From: Candidatus Moraniibacteriota bacterium | Lineage (GTDB): Bacteria > Patescibacteriota > Minisyncoccia > Moranbacterales > UBA11712 | Assembly (NCBI GenBank): GCA_030679895.1 | Contig: JAUXSN010000047.1 | Coordinates: 65,328 to 129,327 of the forward strand | Direction: 5' to 3' | DNA: 64,000 bases | Shown: positions 37,674 through 47,020 of the stretch, in pieces | How the letters are laid out: each line of letters opens with the position of its first letter | How positions within the stretch are numbered: the first letter of the stretch is position 1 | Translations under genes and position numbers: made by a program | Notes under the pieces: generated by a model | Database searches by the model: none | Told to the model about the DNA's origin: nothing | Seen by the model: the letters and a program-made list of their open reading frames with translations, nothing else

Positions 37674-37812
37674 TTTGATTCAGTGTTTTATTTAATTTCT
37701 TGGCAAAAGAGAAAAATTTGCTAGCCAGTCGTATTTTTTTGCCAACCGGCATTTTTCTGAAAATATTGTCCTGAACTTCCTGCACAGTTTTTTCCTTAAT
37801 TGTTGTTTTCAT
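37627..37812 (-). CDS. Small basic protein upstream of the nucleotidyltransferase (putative antitoxin)
   Basis: QDNIFRKMPVGKKIRLA; overlaps the start of the NTase gene. Confidence 0.55.
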   Translation of the reverse strand: MKTTIKEKTVQEVQDNIFRKMPVGKKIRLASKFFSFAKKLNKTLNQNGTRRTAVSHRKYAK

Positions 37813-37841
37813 AATGCAAGTTTATCATATAATCGCATTGA

Positions 37842-38921
37842 CTACATCCCCGTTCGCTTCATCGCCCCTTCAATCAACTTGTCGAGAAGCTCCGTGAAAT
37901 TCATTCCGGCAAGCTTGGCCGCTTCGGGAGCCAGACTGGTAGGCGTCATACCGGGAATAGTATTGATGTCGGTAAAATAATATTCGTGCGTTTTTTCGCT
38001 CCAGAGAAAATCGATGCGGGCGAGATCATTGCATCCAATTGATTTGAAAGTGGAAACGGCGCAGCTCTTCAACTTCTCTTCATCATCTTTTGAAATTTCC
38101 GCCGGGCAGACGTGCTTTGATCCCCCATCTTCATACTTGGCTTTGTAGTCATAAAATTCCGAAATGAGCGGAATAATTTCCGTGACAGCCAAAACTTTCG
38201 GATCTTCATTCCCCATGACCGTCACCGTGAATTCCCTTCCTTTTATATACTGCTCCAAAATCACCTCGTCTCCGTGAGAAAAAGCGTCCCGAATCCCCTT
38301 TTCCAAATTTTCTTTTGTCTTCGCGAGAGATATTCCGACCGAAGAACCGAGTTCCGATGGTTTCACCATCATGGGAAGAGATAATTTTTCCATTATATCG
38401 TCGAGATTATAGTTTTCTCCTTTATTGATCACAATATCTTCAGGTATCGGCACCCCAAACTTTGCGGCAATGATTTTTGCTTTCGGCTTGTTCATCCCGA
38501 TCGCATGCGCAAGCACTCCTGAAAAAACATACGGCATGCCAAGCATATCGAGCATTCCCTGCAATCGACCATCTTCCCCGTATGGCCCATGAAGAATCGG
38601 AAAGACCAAATCGATTTTTTCTTTGAGTTCTCCTTCAGTATAATTTGAAATGCTTTTTTCGGAATCTTTGATAGTCACCAGTTTTTGTGAATCATCAAGA
38701 CTGATCGCGCCTTCTTTCCCGATTTTATCCTCATTCATTTTCATGTATTCCGCCCCCTTATTCCCAATCAGCCAATTTCCGCCCTTCGTGATCGCAATCG
38801 GAATCACATTATATTTTTCCTTATCCAAATTCTTCATAACTCCCCTTGCGGACGAAAGCGAAACTTCGTGCTCCCCGGATTTTCCGCCGAAAATAACGGC
38901 GAGATTGATTTTTTTGTTCAT
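37842..38921 (-). CDS. ddl: D-alanine--D-alanine ligase
   Basis: GGKSGEHEVSLSS, LHGPYGEDG, GSSVG, FYDYKAKY, NTIPGMT. Confidence 0.96.
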   Translation of the reverse strand: MNKKINLAVIFGGKSGEHEVSLSSARGVMKNLDKEKYNVIPIAITKGGNWLIGNKGAEYMKMNEDKIGKEGAISLDDSQKLVTIKDSEKSISNYTEGELKEKIDLVFPILHGPYGEDGRLQGMLDMLGMPYVFSGVLAHAIGMNKPKAKIIAAKFGVPIPEDIVINKGENYNLDDIMEKLSLPMMVKPSELGSSVGISLAKTKENLEKGIRDAFSHGDEVILEQYIKGREFTVTVMGNEDPKVLAVTEIIPLISEFYDYKAKYEDGGSKHVCPAEISKDDEEKLKSCAVSTFKSIGCNDLARIDFLWSEKTHEYYFTDINTIPGMTPTSLAPEAAKLAGMNFTELLDKLIEGAMKRTGM

Positions 38922-39010
38922 AAATTTATAATTATTTCTTATTTAAACATATTCTACTAATAAAAGTGATCTCCACAATGGCCGTTCTAACGAAGCCTGT
39001 ATTTTAATTT

Positions 39011-39451
39011 TTATCCGAAATATTTTTTAAATGCAACATATTCTTCCTTGCGCCAAAAATCTTTCTCCTTAAATTTAAATTTTTTTACATCAATCCATTT
39101 ATATTCACTATGCTCGGATGATAACTTGATTCCTCCGGACAAATATTCGGCTAGATAAACAGTAATAAAAACATATATATTTTTATTTTTAATATATCTT
39201 CGGAATTGAAAAATTGGATTACCCAATTTATATCTTAAGTCACTCCCCAGTTCTTCCTTAACTTCTCTCTCTAATATCTTTTCAAGCGGCACAAGATGTT
39301 CATCATCATCTATTCTGCCTCCGGGCAAATCATACTTATTCCCCGGCGAATCAATAAGAAACAAGTATTTCTCACCACGCTTGAGGAGAATTTTCATTGC
39401 GACATTATAAGTCGCATATACTTTCTTTGCTATTTTGTTAATCGGCGCCAT
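39011..39451 (-). CDS. NUDIX hydrolase
   Basis: LPGGRID...LEREVKEELG. Confidence 0.88.
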   Translation of the reverse strand: MAPINKIAKKVYATYNVAMKILLKRGEKYLFLIDSPGNKYDLPGGRIDDDEHLVPLEKILEREVKEELGSDLRYKLGNPIFQFRRYIKNKNIYVFITVYLAEYLSGGIKLSSEHSEYKWIDVKKFKFKEKDFWRKEEYVAFKKYFG

Positions 39452-39950
39452 AAAATATTTTTACCAGCTTCGGCAAATCTTCTTTTGTCTTTTCTCCTTC
39501 TACAATTCTTTTCAGCAATTCTTTCGGCGTCAGCCAAAAATATTCAAAATAATCATTTTTGTTATAATCGGGCGCTTCATCTGATCTTATCTCATAAACT
39601 TTCATAAAAGAAGAGACCCCATTTTTTTGTGGCGTTAAACTGCCAAGATATCGACACGATATTTTTTCAATGTCGATGTTAACTTCATCCCTCAATTCAT
39701 GTTTCAATGCATCTTCGTACGACTCCCCGCTTCCAACATGCCCGCCAACACTCATGTCAAGACAAAGGGGAAATATTTTTTTACTCGCAATTCTTCTGGG
39801 AATCCAAATCTCGCCTTTCGAATTTATAATAAAGACATTTATTACTCTATAATTAGAAATATTTTCAGAGTATATTTCCGAACGTAATTTCTTTCCGATT
39901 ACATTGTCATTATCATCTACTAAGTCCAAAAATTCATCGACAGAAGCCAT
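39438..39950 (-). CDS. NUDIX hydrolase (IDI/YfcD-like)
   Basis: Start MASVDEFLDLVD; SVGGHVGSGESY. Confidence 0.85.
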   Translation of the reverse strand: MASVDEFLDLVDDNDNVIGKKLRSEIYSENISNYRVINVFIINSKGEIWIPRRIASKKIFPLCLDMSVGGHVGSGESYEDALKHELRDEVNIDIEKISCRYLGSLTPQKNGVSSFMKVYEIRSDEAPDYNKNDYFEYFWLTPKELLKRIVEGEKTKEDLPKLVKIFYGAD

Positions 39951-39974
39951 AGCTCTTGCGTTATAATTATTTTC

Positions 39975-40049
39975 TGGTGCCCTTGGAGGGAATCGAACCC
40001 CCATTTTTCCCTTAGGACGGGATAGCTCTATCCATTGAGCTACAAGGGC
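39975..40049 (-). tRNA. tRNA-Arg(CCT)
   Basis: Cloverleaf with encoded CCA; loop GT-CCT-AA. Confidence 0.88.
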
Positions 40050-40094
40050 AAACTTTAAATTTTCAATTTCTAATTTTCAATTTTCAATCAATTT

Positions 40095-40403
40095 TTAATG
40101 ACTGAATTTCCAATTAACTTTAAGTAGCACTTCAAAGTTATCTTCTCCCGCCGATTTTACTTGAAATTCATATCCACACTTTTTACAAATATATTCAATC
40201 ACATACTTATCCCCTTTCTTATCAACATGAACCGGTTCCATCATTCCTCCACACTCCGCCGCGCGGTCGCCCGGATTCACATCCACGTGACGCCCCCAAA
40301 GACAAACGGGGCAATGGTCCGTGTATCCATTACCTTTCACTTCTGCCCCGCACTTTTCGCAAGTAAAGTTCTCGATTCTCCGTTGGAATTTTTTAGATTG
40401 CAT
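40095..40403 (-). CDS. RNHCP-domain zinc-ribbon protein
   Basis: FTCEKCG...YTDHCPVCLW..HVDVNPGDR..CGGMMEP. Confidence 0.85.
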   Translation of the reverse strand: MQSKKFQRRIENFTCEKCGAEVKGNGYTDHCPVCLWGRHVDVNPGDRAAECGGMMEPVHVDKKGDKYVIEYICKKCGYEFQVKSAGEDNFEVLLKVNWKFSH

Positions 40404-40406
40404 TTG

Positions 40407-40477
40407 TGGACCCACGGGGAATCGAACCCCGGTCCGATCCATGCCATGGATCTGTTCTACCATTATACTATGGGCCC
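40407..40477 (-). tRNA. tRNA-Ala(GGC)
   Basis: G3:U70 pair; anticodon arm GATCC-AT-GGC-AT-GGATC. Confidence 0.92.
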
Positions 40478-40544
40478 ATGCACTCCCTTATACTATTTCT
40501 AAAAATGCTTTCGGTCAATGAAAAGTTTGTGCTAAACTCATTAT

Positions 40545-42038
40545 ATGAGAAATGGTTTCACAAGAAAAACAAGCTGGCTTTGGCAAAACACAGAGAAAAT
40601 CCTGATTATTCTGTTTTTGGCGACTTTTACCTTGAATATCCGCAAAGTCTTTTTGACGCCTTATTCTTTCTTAAACGGAACATTCAATGAATATCTGACC
40701 ATGAGCTTCAGCTGGGCAGATGCGCTGATGATCGCCACGATTATTATTTATACTATAAAATATATAATATGTCAATCGAAATCCGGTTCATCAAGCTTAC
40801 ATGAAACATCTCAAGGAAATACTACAAAAGAAAATAATAAAGGATATTTGTCAAGTGTAATACACTGTATTACGAATGCTTCATGTGAAACATACTTTCT
40901 ATTGCTTTTTATCGCTTGGTGCTTTATATCCATAATTTGGTCGCCTTATAAGCCAATCGCTGTTTATAGGTGCTTAACTTTGCTAGAAATCTTACTATTC
41001 TTTTTTATCGCGTACAAAAATTTAGTCGCCAACAGTCGTTTTTTAAGGATTTCTTTTGTTGCCTTAATAGCAAATGGCTTCATTCAAGCTATAATTGGCA
41101 TCCTCCAGTTCATTTACGGTCATTCGCTCGGTTTGCGCTTGTTTGGCGAGAGCATCGTTTCACGTGAAACGCCGGGAGTGGCGAAACTTGTCATTGATGG
41201 CGAGAAGCATATTCGGGCTTATGGAACATTCCCTCACCCGAACATTTTGGCCGGATTTTTGATTATCCCTTTAATCATGATTCTGATTAGCTTACTTAAT
41301 AGATGGCAACCAAAGCTCTTCTTCAATTCAGCATCTTCAGAAGAAACAAATCAGTCAAAACTTGTTTCACGTGCAACAAGTTTGAATCAAATTCCAGCCT
41401 CCTTAATTCTGGTTTTTCTTTTTATTATAGGATTAGGTTTTATCCTGGCTTTCTCAAGATCGGCTTTCTTGGGTCTTTTTGCGGCCTTGCTGTTTATCTT
41501 ATACAGTTTTATACGAAATTTAAAATGCAAGAAACAAATTTCAATAGTTCTTCTATTTATAATAATTGCTTCGGTCGGATCCATTTATTTTGTGAACCGC
41601 AATACTTCGTTATTTTCGGATCAGTCGATGAGAGAAAGAGCCTCTTATGCAAATGTTGCACGTGAAACAATTTCCGCCCATCCGTTGGCCGGAATTGGAA
41701 TAGGGCAATTTGCTTTAGAAGAATATAGCGAAAATCCTAACCTAGAAGGTTGGCAATACCAACCGGTCCATAATGTTTATTTATTACTTGCCAGTGAACT
41801 CGGCATAGCGGGTTTAGTCCTGTTTTTAATTTTTATGGCAACTTTATTTCTTGGAGAGGGGAGGGGAGGAAAAGATGATTATAGATTGACATATTATTCT
41901 TTTTGTTGTATTATACTTCCCTTCTTGGTCATAGCACTCTTCGACCACTATTTTTGGGATATCAAGACGGGCACCATAATATTTTCTTTGATAATAACCT
42001 TCATCCTTCTCCGCAATCGAAATCTGGTGATAAATTAA
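40545..42038 (+). CDS. O-antigen ligase (Wzy_C) family membrane protein
   Basis: RAYGTFPHPNILAG, FSRSA, GIGIGQF, PVHNVYLL. Confidence 0.88.
   Translation: MRNGFTRKTSWLWQNTEKILIILFLATFTLNIRKVFLTPYSFLNGTFNEYLTMSFSWADALMIATIIIYTIKYIICQSKSGSSSLHETSQGNTTKENNKGYLSSVIHCITNASCETYFLLLFIAWCFISIIWSPYKPIAVYRCLTLLEILLFFFIAYKNLVANSRFLRISFVALIANGFIQAIIGILQFIYGHSLGLRLFGESIVSRETPGVAKLVIDGEKHIRAYGTFPHPNILAGFLIIPLIMILISLLNRWQPKLFFNSASSEETNQSKLVSRATSLNQIPASLILVFLFIIGLGFILAFSRSAFLGLFAALLFILYSFIRNLKCKKQISIVLLFIIIASVGSIYFVNRNTSLFSDQSMRERASYANVARETISAHPLAGIGIGQFALEEYSENPNLEGWQYQPVHNVYLLLASELGIAGLVLFLIFMATLFLGEGRGGKDDYRLTYYSFCCIILPFLVIALFDHYFWDIKTGTIIFSLIITFILLRNRNLVIN
40877..41669. promoter_or_regulatory. Cluster of parS-like sites
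   Basis: TGCTTCATGTGAAACA (40877), CGTTTCACGTGAAACG (41156), TGTTTCACGTGCAACA (41363), TGTTGCACGTGAAACA (41654) versus consensus TGTTTCACGTGAAACA. Confidence 0.8.
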
Positions 42039-42242
42039 TCCGAAAATAGATGGGTATTTCTAATTAGACAAGTTAAGTTAGACAATTTTTTTTTAGCTGT
42101 TATAATTACAAATACAAACCCCGTTCAAACATTAGCGAGGGTCAAAACAAATACGAATAGAAATTAAATTTGGGATTTTGACTCAAGCAAGTTTATTGCG
42201 GGGTATTAGTTTGCTTTTTTTCTAACAACTAAAAAATATAAA

Positions 42243-44828
42243 ATGAAAATTAATTTGAAAAGAGCAGGAGAGGCGATGCCCGCCGGAAGGCAAGGCGCCC
42301 CGTACACAGACCGAAGAGATATGGAACGGAGAGAAATGGCAAGCAGGCCTGCTACCGCATCGGAACCTAAAAAAGACACCCGCGTGCCAAAAATAATTGA
42401 TTGGATAATTGCCGGCGCTGTCTATCTCTTGGCTTTTTTGGTACCGATATTTTTTCTCCCAATAGTCCCCAGTATTCTTGAGCTCAATAAGCAAATACTA
42501 ATTGTTGTCCTCGGAGGAATTGCGTTTCTTGCCTGGGTCGGAAAATTGGCATGGGAGGGGAAAATACGGGTGAAAAAGAACTTTCTTCTTATTCCCGTTC
42601 TTTTGCTTCTTCTTATTTTAGCTTTCAACACTATTTTCTCCGTTTACCGCGACCAAAGCATGTGGGGAAGTTTTGGTACCGAGAGCATGTCTCTCGTGAC
42701 TCTCATCGCCCTGATCGCGGTTTTCCTGGTCATCACGAATAATTTTAGCACCAGAAGAAAAATCAACGCGCTTGTTCTTATTGTCATTGGATCATCCGCT
42801 TTGGCTAATATCTACGCCATATTTCAAATTTTTGGAAAATTTATTTTCAAAAATCCAGCCACTGCCCAAAATTCCTTTAACACCATCGGCTCTGTTTACG
42901 CTCTGGCAATTTACTTAGGCGCTATTCTTATCCTTTCCGTGGCTATGCTTCTTGAAAAGCAGTCGATGCCCATAAAAATCGCTCTGATTATTTTTTCGCT
43001 GCTTTTCGTTTTCACTCTTATAGTGGTCAACTTCTCAACAGCTTTGATAATCTTCCTGGTTGGCATGGCTGTCCTTTTGGGGCTTTCCATCATCACAAGC
43101 GGCAGTGAAGAAAAAAATCGGGCTCTTATCTTTCCAATGGTCGTTTTGACTTTAATCCTTCTTGCCGCTCTTATCGGCAAGCGCGGCTCGATTGTTGGTG
43201 TGCAACTTCCGGTAGAAGTTGGCCTTTCCTCCAGTGCTTCCTATGATGTTATGAAGGGTACCTGGAAAGACAAATTTTTGCTTGGTTCCGGTTTGTCATC
43301 CTATGATTTGGCCTACCTCAAGAGCAAGCCGAGTGAAATTAATCTTACTAACTTTTGGTCGGTGAAGTTTAACGAGGCCAGCAGCCGTTTTTTCACTCTG
43401 GCGACTACCACCGGATTTCTTGGAGCGGCCGCTTTTCTTTTCTTGATCGGTTCAATTTTGGTTTATATTTTTTCCTCTTTTGTAAAGATTTTTGGACGAA
43501 GCGAAGAAGGAGCGTACACTCTTATCGGCCTTACGGCTATGTGGATTTATCTTACTCTGGTTTATTTCCTCTACCCGTCAAATATCACAGTCGACTTTAT
43601 GTGGTGGATCGCAACGGCCTCCATAGTAGTTCTGACATCCATAGTTTTTCACAAAAAGGAAGAAATCATCAGTGAGACTTCATCTCCGCGCGTTTCTTTG
43701 ATCCTGTCTTTTATTTTTGTTCTAATAATCGTAGGATTTATTTCTCTTATTTTTCTTGAGGGACAAAGATATGTTGCCGCCACGGCTTATAATAAAGCTC
43801 TTGCCAGCGATACCGAGGGCGCTCAAGTTGATGAGCTGGTCAACAAATTGTCTCGCGTGATTAGCTTAGACCCCAGCCGGGATCTTTATCATCGCAACCT
43901 GTCTGTCGCGCTCTTTGCCACTCTTAACGATCGCATTTCTAAAAAAGGAATCGGCAATCTGTCGGAAAATGATCGGGCGGAAATCAGCAATTTTTATTTC
44001 GCCGCGGAAGATGAGGCTCGGACGGCGATTAATTTGAATCCCAGGAATTCTGATAATCTTGTTCAGCTCGCCCAAATCAACCAAAACGTAATCGGATCAA
44101 AAGACGGCGCGGATGAGGCGGCTCGCAATAACTATATGGAATCTTTGAAATATGACCCGAAAAATCCTTCTACCTATTACCAGATTGGACAGATTTATCT
44201 CATGATGGCTGATCTTGAAAGCGCGAAGAGCGCCAGCCAGCAGCAAGGATCCAATAAGAGCCCCCAGCTCTCTGATAAGGCAAAGGAATACACCGCTTCC
44301 GCTCAACAGAATTTTGAAAAAGGGGTGGAGCTTAAAAACAATTATATTCCCGCCCAGTTTATGATAGCGGTATGCCTCGACAGGCTTGGCAAGATTAATG
44401 AAGCCATCGCCAAGTTGGAAGAAAGCAAGAAAATGAATTCGCAGGATGTGGGGATAGTCTTCCAGCTGGGAGTCTTCTATTATAAAGCCGAAAAATATGA
44501 TGAGGCTCGCAATGAGTTTGAACAAGCGATAAAATTGGCTGAAAATTATTCCAACGCCCGTTATTTTCTCGGGCTCATCTATGATAAGCAGGGAAATAAA
44601 CAAAAGGCTCTGGAACAATTTAAAAAAGTATCGGAGCTCAATCCGGATAACGAAGATATCAAGAAGATTGTTTCCAATCTTGAAGCCGGCAAAAGCGCTC
44701 TTTCCGGACTTCAGGAAGATGCGATTGACCAGAATACCGGGGAACAATCAGGGGAAAACCAGCCTTCTGTTCAACGGGATCAAGCGCCCGTTCCGCCGGA
44801 AACTCCCATAGGCCCTTCGGCTCCATAA
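42243..44828 (+). CDS. Polytopic membrane protein (O-antigen ligase-like) with C-terminal TPR repeats
   Basis: Many TM helices followed by TPRs (FQLGVFYY...NARYFLGLIY). Confidence 0.8.
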   Translation: MKINLKRAGEAMPAGRQGAPYTDRRDMERREMASRPATASEPKKDTRVPKIIDWIIAGAVYLLAFLVPIFFLPIVPSILELNKQILIVVLGGIAFLAWVGKLAWEGKIRVKKNFLLIPVLLLLLILAFNTIFSVYRDQSMWGSFGTESMSLVTLIALIAVFLVITNNFSTRRKINALVLIVIGSSALANIYAIFQIFGKFIFKNPATAQNSFNTIGSVYALAIYLGAILILSVAMLLEKQSMPIKIALIIFSLLFVFTLIVVNFSTALIIFLVGMAVLLGLSIITSGSEEKNRALIFPMVVLTLILLAALIGKRGSIVGVQLPVEVGLSSSASYDVMKGTWKDKFLLGSGLSSYDLAYLKSKPSEINLTNFWSVKFNEASSRFFTLATTTGFLGAAAFLFLIGSILVYIFSSFVKIFGRSEEGAYTLIGLTAMWIYLTLVYFLYPSNITVDFMWWIATASIVVLTSIVFHKKEEIISETSSPRVSLILSFIFVLIIVGFISLIFLEGQRYVAATAYNKALASDTEGAQVDELVNKLSRVISLDPSRDLYHRNLSVALFATLNDRISKKGIGNLSENDRAEISNFYFAAEDEARTAINLNPRNSDNLVQLAQINQNVIGSKDGADEAARNNYMESLKYDPKNPSTYYQIGQIYLMMADLESAKSASQQQGSNKSPQLSDKAKEYTASAQQNFEKGVELKNNYIPAQFMIAVCLDRLGKINEAIAKLEESKKMNSQDVGIVFQLGVFYYKAEKYDEARNEFEQAIKLAENYSNARYFLGLIYDKQGNKQKALEQFKKVSELNPDNEDIKKIVSNLEAGKSALSGLQEDAIDQNTGEQSGENQPSVQRDQAPVPPETPIGPSAP

Positions 44829-44849
44829 AAAAATCAGCAGAAGAAACCA

Positions 44850-44880
44850 AAAACTCCCCTGTCAAAAGCAGGGGAGTTTT
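44850..44880 (+). terminator. Intrinsic terminator
   Basis: AAAACTCCCCTG-N7-CAGGGGAGTTTT. Confidence 0.75.
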
Positions 44881-44997
44881 ATTTTTCTTATTTGACAGAT
44901 TTTTATTTATTGATTAATATGTTTATAGAATTTTTCTGAAGCGATTTGAGATGTCCGAGAGATCGGACATTTTAATTTAAATTTTGAATTTATTATT

Positions 44998-46359
44998 ATG
45001 GCGAAAAAAAAGAAATTGAAATCCCAATCCGAGGATGCTCAAGCCGGGCGTTTGGGGCAATTCGGAAGCGCGATCGCGCAAATTTGCGAAGAAAAAGGAA
45101 TCTCGAAAGAAAAAGTGGTTGAGGCTATTGAATCGGCTCTTTCCGCCGCCTATAAAAAAGATTACGGCCGGCGCGGCCAGCACATCCGAGCCCAGTTCAA
45201 TGAAATCACGGGGAGCGCTGATTTTTATCTGGTAAAAGAAGTCGTCGATGAGACAACCCGCGTTTTTGAAACCGAAGAGGAAAAACTTGCCCGCCAGAAT
45301 GAATCCTTGAGCCAGGCTGGCGGAGAAGATAAAAATAAAGGAAAGGAAAAACCGGAAGAAAAAAAGGTTGCGGTTAAAGAAGAGAAAATCGGCGAAGATC
45401 AAATAAAGATTCCGCGTTATAATCCTGAAAGAGATCTTACGCTGGAAGAGGCGAAGGAATCCAGGCCGGACGCCAAAGTTGGAGACGTTATCGAAGAAAA
45501 GATGGAGCCAAAAAATGATTATGGCCGGGTAGCCGCCCAAACCGCGAAACAAGTTATCATCCAAAAGATCAGAGAAGCGGAACGCGATGCCATGTATGAC
45601 GAATATAAACAAAAAGAAGGCGAGGTTTTGAGCGGTATTATCCAGAGAATTGAAGGCCGCAATATTTTTATTGATCTCGGAAAATCCACTGGAGTTTTAT
45701 TTCCCTCCGAACAAGTCGACGGTGAAAGATACCGGCTGGGCCAACGGCTCAAAGTATATATAATGAAAGTGGAAGCTGATCCGAAAGGACCCGGGATCAT
45801 TCTCTCCCGAACGCACCCGGCGCTGGTCCAAAAACTTTTTGAAATTGAAGTTCCTGAAATTTTTGCCGGCACGGTTGAGATAAAAGCTATGGCTCGGGAA
45901 GCCGGTTCGCGCGTCAAGATCGCCGCTTCTTCCACTGAAGAGGGGATTGACCCCATTGGATCATGCGTAGGCCAAAAAGGAACCCGCGTCCAGGCCGTCA
46001 TTGACGAGCTGGGCGGAGAAAAAATTGATATCATCGAATGGAATGAAGACGCGGCAAAGTTTATTTCGAACGCTCTTTCTCCGGCCAAAGTTTTGGGTGT
46101 TGAGATAAACGAATCAAAAAAAGAAGCCCGTGTATCCGTGCCATCTGATCAATTGTCGCTTGCCATCGGAAAACAGGGACAAAATGTGAGGCTGGCTGCC
46201 AAACTTACCGGCTGGAGAATTGATGTCGTTTCCGGAGAAACGAAAGCGGAGGAAACGAAAAAGGCAGAAGAGAAGAAAGAACCCGTCGAAAGTGCTGAAG
46301 AAGCAGAAAAGGAAGACAAAACGAAAAAAGAAAAGAAGAAAAAGGAAGAAAAGGAATAA
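44998..46359 (+). CDS. nusA: Transcription termination factor NusA
   Basis: GRVAAQTAKQVIIQKIREAER, AREAGSRVK, SLAIGKQGQNVRLAAKLTGW. Confidence 0.97.
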   Translation: MAKKKKLKSQSEDAQAGRLGQFGSAIAQICEEKGISKEKVVEAIESALSAAYKKDYGRRGQHIRAQFNEITGSADFYLVKEVVDETTRVFETEEEKLARQNESLSQAGGEDKNKGKEKPEEKKVAVKEEKIGEDQIKIPRYNPERDLTLEEAKESRPDAKVGDVIEEKMEPKNDYGRVAAQTAKQVIIQKIREAERDAMYDEYKQKEGEVLSGIIQRIEGRNIFIDLGKSTGVLFPSEQVDGERYRLGQRLKVYIMKVEADPKGPGIILSRTHPALVQKLFEIEVPEIFAGTVEIKAMAREAGSRVKIAASSTEEGIDPIGSCVGQKGTRVQAVIDELGGEKIDIIEWNEDAAKFISNALSPAKVLGVEINESKKEARVSVPSDQLSLAIGKQGQNVRLAAKLTGWRIDVVSGETKAEETKKAEEKKEPVESAEEAEKEDKTKKEKKKKEEKE

Positions 46360-46477
46360 ACCATTAATATTTAATACAAAAAAATATTCATCCCGTTAGA
46401 CGTTACTTCTTTGATATTTCAAGAATCAATGTTAGCGGGAATCGTATTTCAAAAAGTAATTATTAATAAAAAAATAT

Positions 46478-47020
46478 ATGTCTAACGGGATGAATCTATG
46501 GCACGACGTTTCTCTCGGAGACAACGCTCCCGAAGAATTCAACGTAATCGTTGAAAATCCTAGGGGATCAAAGAATAAATATGAAATAGACAAAGAAACG
46601 GGACTTATCAAATTAGACCGGGCGATGAAAACAGCCCAGGATTTTCCTTTTGATTATGGATTTGCTCCGCAGACGCTTTGGGAAGATGACGACGCGCTTG
46701 ATGTCGTTATTTTAGCCACTTATCCCATTCATCCGGGCATACTGCTCAAGGTTAGGCCGGTAGCAATTATGCATATGACGGATAGCGGCGATTCTGATGA
46801 TAAGATAATTGCCGTTCCCGTTAAGGATCCGCGCTGGGAAAATGTTAAAGACCTGGGCGATATTAATCCGTACACCCTAAAAGAGTTTAAGCACTTCTTT
46901 GAAACTTATAAATCGATTGAGGACAAAGTCGTTATTATCAATGGCATAGAAGGCAAGGATAAAGCGTTTGAAGCAATAAATAAAAGCGTTGAATTGTATA
47001 AGAATAAATTCAAGAAATAA
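46478..47020 (+). CDS. ppa: Family I inorganic pyrophosphatase
   Basis: NKYEIDKE, YGFAPQTLWEDDDALDV, DDKIIAV; start may be the ATG at 46490. Confidence 0.95.
   Translation: MSNGMNLWHDVSLGDNAPEEFNVIVENPRGSKNKYEIDKETGLIKLDRAMKTAQDFPFDYGFAPQTLWEDDDALDVVILATYPIHPGILLKVRPVAIMHMTDSGDSDDKIIAVPVKDPRWENVKDLGDINPYTLKEFKHFFETYKSIEDKVVIINGIEGKDKAFEAINKSVELYKNKFKK

Noticed and set aside
42274-42296. PAGRQG-type palindromic insertion at the TPR protein N-terminus
   Set aside because: Too degenerate to support without orthologue alignment.
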